Source: Candidatus Paraprochloron terpiosi LD05 (lineage in GTDB: Bacteria; Cyanobacteriota; Cyanobacteriia; Cyanobacteriales; Prochloraceae). From it: a stretch of DNA of 64,000 nt. How positions within the stretch are numbered: the first letter of the stretch is position 1; every line of letters starts with the position of its first letter. Shown here piece by piece: positions 56,527 to 64,000 of the stretch. Where the stretch lies: contig CP073341.1 of the NCBI GenBank assembly GCA_018141785.1, positions 1,465,422 through 1,529,421 of the forward strand, given 5' to 3'. A program made the position numbers and the translations under genes. The notes below the pieces were generated by a model, which did no database searches, had not been told where the DNA came from, and was given only the letters and a program-made list of their open reading frames with translations.

Positions 56527-59500
56527 GTGAACACTAAAGCATACACAAATAAGTCTAATACAAATCTCAACAATATCCCATGGCGTCAAGAATTTCATGA
56601 AAAAATCCTAACTTCCCTAGGGGAGATCAGGGAGATATCTAAACAGAGCTCTGGGAATGACACTCGCAAGCAGCTAGAGGAGCATTTGCAACAGTTAGCC
56701 GAACTGGGAAAACCGCGTAAAATCCAGAGTTGGATCGAATTGGTATCAACTGCAGCAACCGCGATCGCCAACCCCAAAAACCCCTATCGCCCCTCAGTAA
56801 AGCTTATGATTAAAGAAATAAAACAAGCAGGGGAATTAGTTAGAGCGGGTCGTCTGGATGAAATTAGAGTCAGCGACCAACTGCAAGAACTCTCTCCTCG
56901 ATCCCCTGCACTAGAGGTGAAGGTTCCAGAAGCAAAGGGTACTGATGACTTCCTAGAGGAAGAAGCTGGGGCTGAGAGGTCCTCAGAAGTGGAAAAAGCT
57001 TCCTGGGAAGATAATTCAGATTCATTAAAACAAGAAACAGCCAAAGATACCTTAATCTTATTTGGCGAAGGCTTCTCTTTTGAAGAATCCGAAACCGCAG
57101 AAGTAGTCACCACCTCAGACCTAGAATCAGATCTGAACAACTTATTTACCGAAGACTTCTCTTTTGAAGAAGAACTAGTATTAGATGAAGAGAGGGAGGA
57201 ATTAAATCAGGACTTGGCATTGGATGACCTGTTGGGTCCAGACTCATCAGCACAAAAAGAGAAGGTCACTAAAAGCAAGAGCAGCAAATCGGTGGTAAAT
57301 AAAGATACTCAGGTGTTGTTTGGTGAAAGTTTCTCTTTCCAGGAAATAGGAGAACCAGTGTCAGACCACAAGAGCACTGAGGTTGAAGAAGATTTGGAGT
57401 TGACGGATCTATTTACAGAAGAAACGACGTCGGTAGCAGAAGAAGATTTGGACATTGATGACCTGTTTGAAGAGTTAACAGCGCCGCCAAAAGGAGAGGA
57501 AATATCTTCAGAAGCAGCCCTAACGCTCTTAGTATACGAGCAGTTTGCCGAATTAGATGACTTAATCGACCAACTGCCAGATCCCAAGTGGTCAGAAAAA
57601 GACTACCAACAGTTAGAAGCAGAGATCGACTCTCCAGCCCAAAGCAACATTGACCTAACTTCCACCGCAATTAACCTGGGTCGTGAGGGAGAAAAAGGAA
57701 ACATAGCGAAACCGACCGCAGCCAATTTGGTGGTAACGGATCCGGAGTTCGGCGATTTAGAAGAATTATTAGAAGAAGCAAACCTGACTATGGGGGTGCC
57801 AGCAGCGGTGAAAGCCGCAGAACCCCGGTCTAAAAGACCCCGCCTCTTAAAATCCAAAGGCTTTGAACAAACAATGAGGGTTCCTGTCAAACAACTGGAC
57901 AACCTCAACAACTGGATGGGAGAATTGGTAGTCAACCGCAATAGCCTGGAACAAGACCAAAAAAGGCTGCGGCAATTTCTGGATAATTTGCTCATCCAGG
58001 TGCAGAATTTGAGTGACCTGGGGGCGCGAATGCAAGATTTGTACGAGCGATCGCTTCTGGAAAAAGCTCTGCTAGCAAGTAGCAATAAATTCCAGCCCAA
58101 GGAAAAACAGAGGTTATCGAGCCAAACCAAGTTTTCAGGGGATGACTACGATCCCTTGGAAATGGATCGTTTTAGCAATTTCCACTTGCTCTCTCAGGAA
58201 ATGATCGAGCTGATCGTGAGGGTAAAAGAGGCATCCGAAGACATTGAATTTTTAGTAGATAAAACGGAGCAAGTAGCGAGAAACTTTCGCCAACTAACCA
58301 CCCAGTTGCAAGAAGAATTGACCAATGCCCGCATGGTTCCCTTCGGTCAAACCGGCAATCGCCTCCGTCGGGCAGTGCGGGAGATATCTCTAAAATTGAA
58401 CAAACAAGCCGAATTGCACGTAGAAGGTCGGGATGTCTTGGTAGACAAGATGATTTTGGAGTCCCTTTATGATCCCATGACCCAGCTGGTGAACAATGCC
58501 ATAATTCACGGCATTGAAATTCCAGAAAGACGGGAGCAGAGGGGCAAGCCCTCCAAAGGCAACGTGACCATTAAAGCCTTCATTCAAGGTAACCAGACGG
58601 TAATTTCTGTGTCTGACGATGGAGAGGGAATCAACAAGGACAAAGTGAAATCGAAGGCGATGGAGAAGAGACTGATTACCAAAGAAGAAGCAGAGAATAT
58701 GTCTCCTCACCAAGTCTACGACCTAATTTTCCACCCTGGTTTCACTACCAAAGATGAGGCAGACCAATTTGCCGGTCGGGGGGTGGGTATGGACTTAGTG
58801 CTCACTAGTTTGAGCGCCATTCGGGGCACAATCTCTATCGATTCGGAAATGGGCTACGGAACAACCTTTACCATTCGCCTCCCCCTCACCCTGAGTATTT
58901 GTAAAGTTCTCTGCTGTGTATCGGATCAGGCTCGCATTGCTTTCCCTCTGGACAGGGTAGAAGACATGCAAGAATACTCCCCTCATGAGATCATCGAAAA
59001 TAGTAAAGGGGAAAAATGCATTCCCTGGCGGAATCAAACTCTGCCTTTCCACCCCCTGACCAATCTCCTCACCTACAATCGCAAAATCAATCGGGGGACA
59101 GTCTATGGCGCTCAAAGAGAAGAAGAAATGGTCTCCATTGTGGTCCTTCGCAGCGCCGGCACCTATTTAGCAGTGCAGTTAGATAAAATTGAGGGAGAAC
59201 AGGAAATCGTCATCAAGCAAATTGAAGGACCGATCCCTAAACCGGCAGGCATTGCCGGCGCCACGATTCTCGTGGACGGTCGAGTCATGCCTATTGCCGA
59301 CGTCCTGGAATTGATAGAGATAGCTCAAGGAGGAATGCGCAAGGATTTCGCCCCCTTTGAACTACAGCGTAATTTGTACGGAGTACAATCAGAACTAATA
59401 CCTACCAAGACAGAATCCATGGTGCTAATCGTGGACGACTCCATTACGGTGCGGGAACTTCTGACCATGACCTTTACCAAAGCAGGTTACCGGGTCGAAA

Positions 59501-60324
59501 CAGCCCGAGACGGTCAGGAAGCCTGGAATAAACTTCGTTCCGGTTTACCCTGTGACATCGTCTTGTGCGATATTGAAATGCCCCGCATGGACGGTTTAGA
59601 ATTGCTCTCCCGGATTCGAGAAGACGACACACACTCTCTCTTACCCGTAGCTATGCTCACTTCTCGCGGTGCAGAACGACATCAGCAAATGGCCGCTAAG
59701 TTAGGAGCTAGCGGTTACTTTACCAAACCATATCTGGAAGAAGTATTGCTCGATGACGCCCGGCGGATGATGAAAGGAGAAGTTCTTCTTCCTGAGAGCA
59801 TTAGGAAGTCAGTGGAATCAGAACCAGAAGAACCGGAAATAATAGAACCGCCTAAGAGGACCACATCAGAACCTATATTAGGCGTCCGGAAGGTGCTGAT
59901 TATTGATGACTCGGTGACAGTACGAGAACTCCTATCCATGACTTTTAACGGTGCCGGTTATGTGGTCGAACAAGCCCGAGATGGTGAGGATGCCTGGAAA
60001 AAACTCAATTCTGCCCGATATGATGTTAATGTTATCTTCTGCGATATCGAAATGCCCCGTCTGAATGGTTTGGACTTGCTGTCCCGGTTGCAACAAGACC
60101 CACAACTGAGTCAAATTCCCGTAGCAATGCTGACTTCTCGCGGCGCACAACGCCATCGTAGCATTGCTGCCGAACGAGGTGCAAAAGCCTACTTTACTAA
60201 ACCTTATGTGGAAAATGTATTGCTCAATGCCGCCGATCGCCTGATTCAAGGGGAGGTTCTGGAAGATACTCTTACTAAAATGGACCCAAGAGCTGGAAAA
60301 GATTTGCAACAATCCATTAAATAA
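56527..60324 (+). CDS. hybrid CheA-like histidine kinase with two C-terminal receiver domains (PilL/HmpE-like)
   Basis: Dimerisation segment MRVPVKQLDNLNNWMGELVVNR. HATPase boxes (NNAIIHGIE; DDGEGI; GRGVGMD; GYGTTFTIRLPLTLSI). A CheW-like domain. Two REC domains (VLIVDDSITVRE...DIEMPRMDG and VLIIDDSVTVRE...DIEMPRLNG). The acidic repeat-rich N-terminal 440 aa has no canonical Hpt HxxKG motif. Confidence 0.8.
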   Translation: MNTKAYTNKSNTNLNNIPWRQEFHEKILTSLGEIREISKQSSGNDTRKQLEEHLQQLAELGKPRKIQSWIELVSTAATAIANPKNPYRPSVKLMIKEIKQAGELVRAGRLDEIRVSDQLQELSPRSPALEVKVPEAKGTDDFLEEEAGAERSSEVEKASWEDNSDSLKQETAKDTLILFGEGFSFEESETAEVVTTSDLESDLNNLFTEDFSFEEELVLDEEREELNQDLALDDLLGPDSSAQKEKVTKSKSSKSVVNKDTQVLFGESFSFQEIGEPVSDHKSTEVEEDLELTDLFTEETTSVAEEDLDIDDLFEELTAPPKGEEISSEAALTLLVYEQFAELDDLIDQLPDPKWSEKDYQQLEAEIDSPAQSNIDLTSTAINLGREGEKGNIAKPTAANLVVTDPEFGDLEELLEEANLTMGVPAAVKAAEPRSKRPRLLKSKGFEQTMRVPVKQLDNLNNWMGELVVNRNSLEQDQKRLRQFLDNLLIQVQNLSDLGARMQDLYERSLLEKALLASSNKFQPKEKQRLSSQTKFSGDDYDPLEMDRFSNFHLLSQEMIELIVRVKEASEDIEFLVDKTEQVARNFRQLTTQLQEELTNARMVPFGQTGNRLRRAVREISLKLNKQAELHVEGRDVLVDKMILESLYDPMTQLVNNAIIHGIEIPERREQRGKPSKGNVTIKAFIQGNQTVISVSDDGEGINKDKVKSKAMEKRLITKEEAENMSPHQVYDLIFHPGFTTKDEADQFAGRGVGMDLVLTSLSAIRGTISIDSEMGYGTTFTIRLPLTLSICKVLCCVSDQARIAFPLDRVEDMQEYSPHEIIENSKGEKCIPWRNQTLPFHPLTNLLTYNRKINRGTVYGAQREEEMVSIVVLRSAGTYLAVQLDKIEGEQEIVIKQIEGPIPKPAGIAGATILVDGRVMPIADVLELIEIAQGGMRKDFAPFELQRNLYGVQSELIPTKTESMVLIVDDSITVRELLTMTFTKAGYRVETARDGQEAWNKLRSGLPCDIVLCDIEMPRMDGLELLSRIREDDTHSLLPVAMLTSRGAERHQQMAAKLGASGYFTKPYLEEVLLDDARRMMKGEVLLPESIRKSVESEPEEPEIIEPPKRTTSEPILGVRKVLIIDDSVTVRELLSMTFNGAGYVVEQARDGEDAWKKLNSARYDVNVIFCDIEMPRLNGLDLLSRLQQDPQLSQIPVAMLTSRGAQRHRSIAAERGAKAYFTKPYVENVLLNAADRLIQGEVLEDTLTKMDPRAGKDLQQSIK

Positions 60325-60344
60325 ATTAAACTTTATATAATTAT

Positions 60345-62192
60345 TTAATGTATGTGTTTATTGAAATAATTGTAGATTGTCCGAGCCAAACTCTGACCAA
60401 TACCAGGAACCTCTGTTAATTGTTCCACCGACGCTTGTCTGATATAATCAACAGAGTGGAAATGGGCTAATAATTGTTTCTGGCGTTGCCAACCCAAACC
60501 AGAAATTTCATCTAAAACAGATCGCCTTCCTTGCTTTAATCTCTGCTGACGGTGGAAACTGACTGCAAATCGATGAGCTTCATCCCTCACTCGGCGCAAT
60601 AGTTGCACTCCCGGTTGTTCTGCATCTGTGGGTAAGGGGTGAGATGAACCAGGTACAAATATCTCTTCTCGCTGTTTGGCTAAACTGACTATCTGCACAT
60701 CTTTTAACACATTCAAAGTTTCTAAAACAGCCATTGCTGCTCCCAGTTGTCCTTTTCCTCCATCTATCATCACAACATCTGGTTTATTTTCCTTCTCCTC
60801 ATCCCATTTTCGGAAGCGACGACTCATTACCTCCGCTAAACTGGCAAAATCATCGGAGTGAGAACTATAAACTCCAGGATTTTTGATTTTGTAATGGCGA
60901 TAATATTGTTTAGCAGGAACTCCATCTATAAATACTACCATAGATCCCACTGCATTAGAGCCCTGGATATGAGAAATGTCGTAACCTTCAATCCGTCGTG
61001 GTAAATGGGTTAAATGTAAAATTGCTTTTAAATCCTCTAATGCGTCCCGATCCCGTTGGACGTTGCGTTGGGTACTTTCTAACTCGTGTCGGGCATTGCG
61101 AGCTACCATTTCAATCAATTCTGCTTTCTCTTGTCGCTGGGGGGTAAGGAGTTTTACTTGGCGACCCTTGCGCTCTCTCAACCATTGAGCTATGATTTCT
61201 GCATCTGGTAATGAATACTGAAGGAGAATTTCTGAAGGTATTTCCATGGGATCTGCTCTACTGTAATGTTCTGTCAGAACTCGTTGCAAAATTTCCCCTG
61301 GTTGTGTATCTTGGTGAGGTAATATTTGAGCGAAAAAGCCCAAACGTCCCACTAAACGACCACCGCGAATCTGAAATAATTGAATACAGCAGTGTTGTTC
61401 ATCCGCTGCTAAAGCAATAGCATCTCGGGAAATGGTATCCTTGGGTAAGCAGACTTTTTGGGATTGATTCAATGTCTTTAAAGCGGCAATTCTATCTCTA
61501 ATGAGAGCTGCTTTTTCAAAGTTTAACTCTGTTGCAGCTGTTTCCATCTGGGTTTGTAATAAATTCAGTAATTCCCCGGTCCTTCCTTGGAACACCATAG
61601 CTACTTTAGCTACGGTTTGGCGATATGCTGTGGGGGAAATTAACTCTTGACAAACTCCAGGACAGCTCCCTATGTCATAATTGAGACAAGGACGGTCTTT
61701 AAATAAAGGGCGCTGTCGCTGACGGAGAGGAAAAATACTTTTGATTAGATCTAGGGTAGCTCTTAGGGAACGATTATCTACATAGGGACCGTAATATTTA
61801 TCTTCCTTATTTCCCTGTCTTCGTTTACGGGTCATAAAAATGCGAGGATATTCTTCCGACCAGGTAATGCAGACATAGGGATATTTTTTGTCATCTTTAA
61901 GGAGAATGTTATAATAAGGTTGATGTTCCTGAATAAGGTTGGCTTCTAATGCTAAAGCTTCTGCTTCTGTATCCGTAACGATGAATTCAATTGAGGTGAC
62001 AAGGGATACCATTATCCCTAGACGAGGGGTTAGGGGTTGGGAAGGACGAAAATAGGAACGGACTCGGGTGCTTAGTTTTTTGGATTTGCCAATATACAGA
62101 ACTTCTCCCTGACTATTGTACATGAAATAAACTCCCGGTTCTGGGGGAATTCTGTCTAGGTTTGTTGGTTGGTGGTTATTTGACCTATCCAT
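60345..62192 (-). CDS. uvrC: excinuclease ABC subunit C
   Basis: GIY-YIG N-terminus ([18 protein letters not shown]), UVR domain, endonuclease domain and C-terminal HhH. Confidence 0.95.
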   Translation of the reverse strand: MDRSNNHQPTNLDRIPPEPGVYFMYNSQGEVLYIGKSKKLSTRVRSYFRPSQPLTPRLGIMVSLVTSIEFIVTDTEAEALALEANLIQEHQPYYNILLKDDKKYPYVCITWSEEYPRIFMTRKRRQGNKEDKYYGPYVDNRSLRATLDLIKSIFPLRQRQRPLFKDRPCLNYDIGSCPGVCQELISPTAYRQTVAKVAMVFQGRTGELLNLLQTQMETAATELNFEKAALIRDRIAALKTLNQSQKVCLPKDTISRDAIALAADEQHCCIQLFQIRGGRLVGRLGFFAQILPHQDTQPGEILQRVLTEHYSRADPMEIPSEILLQYSLPDAEIIAQWLRERKGRQVKLLTPQRQEKAELIEMVARNARHELESTQRNVQRDRDALEDLKAILHLTHLPRRIEGYDISHIQGSNAVGSMVVFIDGVPAKQYYRHYKIKNPGVYSSHSDDFASLAEVMSRRFRKWDEEKENKPDVVMIDGGKGQLGAAMAVLETLNVLKDVQIVSLAKQREEIFVPGSSHPLPTDAEQPGVQLLRRVRDEAHRFAVSFHRQQRLKQGRRSVLDEISGLGWQRQKQLLAHFHSVDYIRQASVEQLTEVPGIGQSLARTIYNYFNKHIH

Positions 62193-62418
62193 TAAGGAAT
62201 TGCCTATTTTGACCTTGTACCTTTATAGTAACAGCAATATCATTTTTTGTCAACCTTTGCTTCGTTGCCAAAATCCATTTTTTTATTGCGTAGCTTTGCG
62301 TAGCAACCGCTTGCGTCCCGCTTGCGTCCCGCAGAGGACACAGAGTGCGCAGAGAAGAGAGGGGAGGAGTCAGGAAGGTAATGTGCTATAATAATGTTGG
62401 AGTGTTAAGGAGCTATTC

Positions 62419-63141
62419 ATGAGGAAATTATTAATTCCAGGTTTGGTAGCATGTTCCCTAGCTTTCGAGGTGGGGGTTGCATATTTCGGGGGTGATGATG
62501 TACAATCAGTACCTCAAAGATACCCAGCACAAATTGCCCAGAGGGTTGAAAAGCAAGCGAAATCTATTACTGTTAAAGTTAGGTCAGGAACAGTGCTTGG
62601 TTCAGGATTTATCATTGCCGCTGATGAAGGGGTTTATACTGTGGTTACTAATGACCATGTGGTGCGTTCTGCTGCACCTCCTTATCAAATAGAAACTCCC
62701 GACAGTGAAGTTTACGACGCAGAAATGTTACCTATAGACTTGGCTGGGAATGATTTAGCTGTGTTGCGCTTTGATAGTCAGGGAAAAGAATATACTGTAG
62801 CAACTATTGGGAGTTTCCTCCTACCAGGAGATAAAGTTTTTGCCGCTGGGTTTCCTTTTAATGCTCAATCAGAGTTTGTTTTTGAAAAGGGGGAAGTTGG
62901 ACTCATACTTGAGAAGCCTTTAGAAGGAGGCTATCAAATTGGCTACACTAATAATATCCAAAAGGGGATGAGTGGGGGACCGCTGTTGAATGTTGACGGT
63001 GAAGTAGTTAGTGTTAATAGAATGCACGCTTATCCTCTCTGGGGGGATCCTTATATTTATATGGATGGGGATGGGCCTTCTGCTAGTCTAAAAGAGGAGT
63101 TGGTTCATTATAGTTTTGGTAAACAATTGAAACTTATCTAA
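62419..63141 (+). CDS. trypsin-like (S1 family) serine protease, secreted
   Basis: N-terminal hydrophobic signal-like segment, TNDHVV, NDLAVLRF and GMSGGPLLN (catalytic H, D, S). Confidence 0.7.
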   Translation: MRKLLIPGLVACSLAFEVGVAYFGGDDVQSVPQRYPAQIAQRVEKQAKSITVKVRSGTVLGSGFIIAADEGVYTVVTNDHVVRSAAPPYQIETPDSEVYDAEMLPIDLAGNDLAVLRFDSQGKEYTVATIGSFLLPGDKVFAAGFPFNAQSEFVFEKGEVGLILEKPLEGGYQIGYTNNIQKGMSGGPLLNVDGEVVSVNRMHAYPLWGDPYIYMDGDGPSASLKEELVHYSFGKQLKLI

Positions 63142-63209
63142 AGTTTCACGCAGAGTCGCAGAGTAGCCGCTCGAAAGACTCGCTCCAGCGCAGAGAGGTG
63201 AGTGTTAAA

Positions 63210-64000
63210 TCATCTTACCGCAATTTGATAAATTTCACGACGCTCCAGAGAGGTTATTTGAGCCAAGTGACGACTAGCTTGGGATTTATTCATGCCCTGG
63301 TGATATAATTCTTGTAAAAGGATCTGAATTTCAGCTGTTGATAAGGTGGGAAGTGGTTTGTAGCTTGCTCCAGAAAGTACGAGAGTAAATTCTCCTTTAG
63401 GAATCCGCTCTCCCTCATAGAGAGCAATAGCTTCCCCTAGAGTACCACGCCAGAATTCTTCGTGGAGTTTAGTTAATTCCCGCCCTAGTACTATAGCTCT
63501 ATCCTGGTTTAAAACTTCTGCTAAATCTTTGAGAGTTGACAGTAAGCGGTGGGGGGCTTCATATAATATCATAGTACGAGTTTCTTCTTGTAGACTTTCC
63601 AGACGCAAGGAGCGGGGTTTATTTTTTGTGGGGAGAAAACCTTCAAAGACAAAGCGATCGCCTGATAGCCCGGACCCAACTAAAGCAGTTATAGCAGCAG
63701 TTACTCCCGGTATGGGTACTACAGATAATCCCAAAGACCCACAAGCTTTAACTAAATGATAGCCTGGATCGGAGATGGTGGGCATACCTGCATCGGTTAC
63801 GAGGGCGATCGCCTTCCCTTCCTGAAGATAACCCACTAATTCTCCCTCTCTTGCTGCACGATTGTGTTCGTGATAACTTATCTGTGGTGTCTTAATTTGA
63901 AAATGCTGTAACAGTTTCCCTGTGTGACGAGTATCTTCAGCAGCGATTAAATCTACCTGTTGTAAAATTCTTACAGCCCGAAAAGTGATATCCTCTAGAT
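63210..64000 (-). CDS. rsmI: 16S rRNA (cytidine1402-2'-O)-methyltransferase RsmI; its N-terminus runs off the window end
   Basis: The frame is open to position 64000 (LEDITFRAVRILQQVDLIAAEDTRHTGKLL...). TDAGMPTISDPGY is the tetrapyrrole-methylase-like fold motif. Confidence 0.85.
   Translation of the reverse strand, partial: LEDITFRAVRILQQVDLIAAEDTRHTGKLLQHFQIKTPQISYHEHNRAAREGELVGYLQEGKAIALVTDAGMPTISDPGYHLVKACGSLGLSVVPIPGVTAAITALVGSGLSGDRFVFEGFLPTKNKPRSLRLESLQEETRTMILYEAPHRLLSTLKDLAEVLNQDRAIVLGRELTKLHEEFWRGTLGEAIALYEGERIPKGEFTLVLSGASYKPLPTLSTAEIQILLQELYHQGMNKSQASRHLAQITSLERREIYQIAVR

Overview
This is a cyanobacterial chromosomal segment. Supporting signs are frequent HIP1 GCGATCGC palindromes, heptameric STRR-like repeats, form-IB RuBisCO with rbcX, and beta-carboxysome genes. 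Most of the window is ordinary housekeeping: proA, ispD, crtQ/zds, ald, ftsH, murQ, era, uvrC, rsmI, one tRNA-Lys(UUU), envelope glycosyltransferases and signalling proteins. The centre (about 30.1-46.6 kb) is a CO2-concentrating-mechanism super-locus. An NDH-1 CO2-uptake operon (ndhF, ndhD, CO2-hydration protein) lies on the minus strand, divergent from ccmK2-ccmK1-ccmL-ccmM-ccmN and rbcL-rbcX-rbcS on the plus strand. Selfish or accessory DNA interrupts or flanks this locus at several points. (1) An apparently intact IscB (OMEGA/HEARO-type RNA-guided nuclease) gene, preceded by a 232-nt non-coding leader, sits between ccmL and ccmM. (2) A 2.85-kb island of small toxin-antitoxin-like and decayed genes sits between ndhF and ndhD. 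(3) A second island (MazF, VapBC, paralogous small genes) lies downstream of the CO2-hydration gene. (4) The ccmN 5' end is tandemly duplicated. (5) An AT-rich two-gene SMODS nucleotidyltransferase plus 4-TM effector module (CBASS type I-like) lies immediately downstream of rbcS. One small-protein family, paired once with a retropepsin-like protease, occurs five times in the window, intact or decayed. Several pseudogenes (BrnT, EgtD-like, receiver domain, VapC, antitoxins, SulP-like) and several dispersed short repeat families are also visible. All calls rest on reading the supplied translations and the nucleotide sequence by eye. No database search, HMM, RNA folding or GC computation was run.
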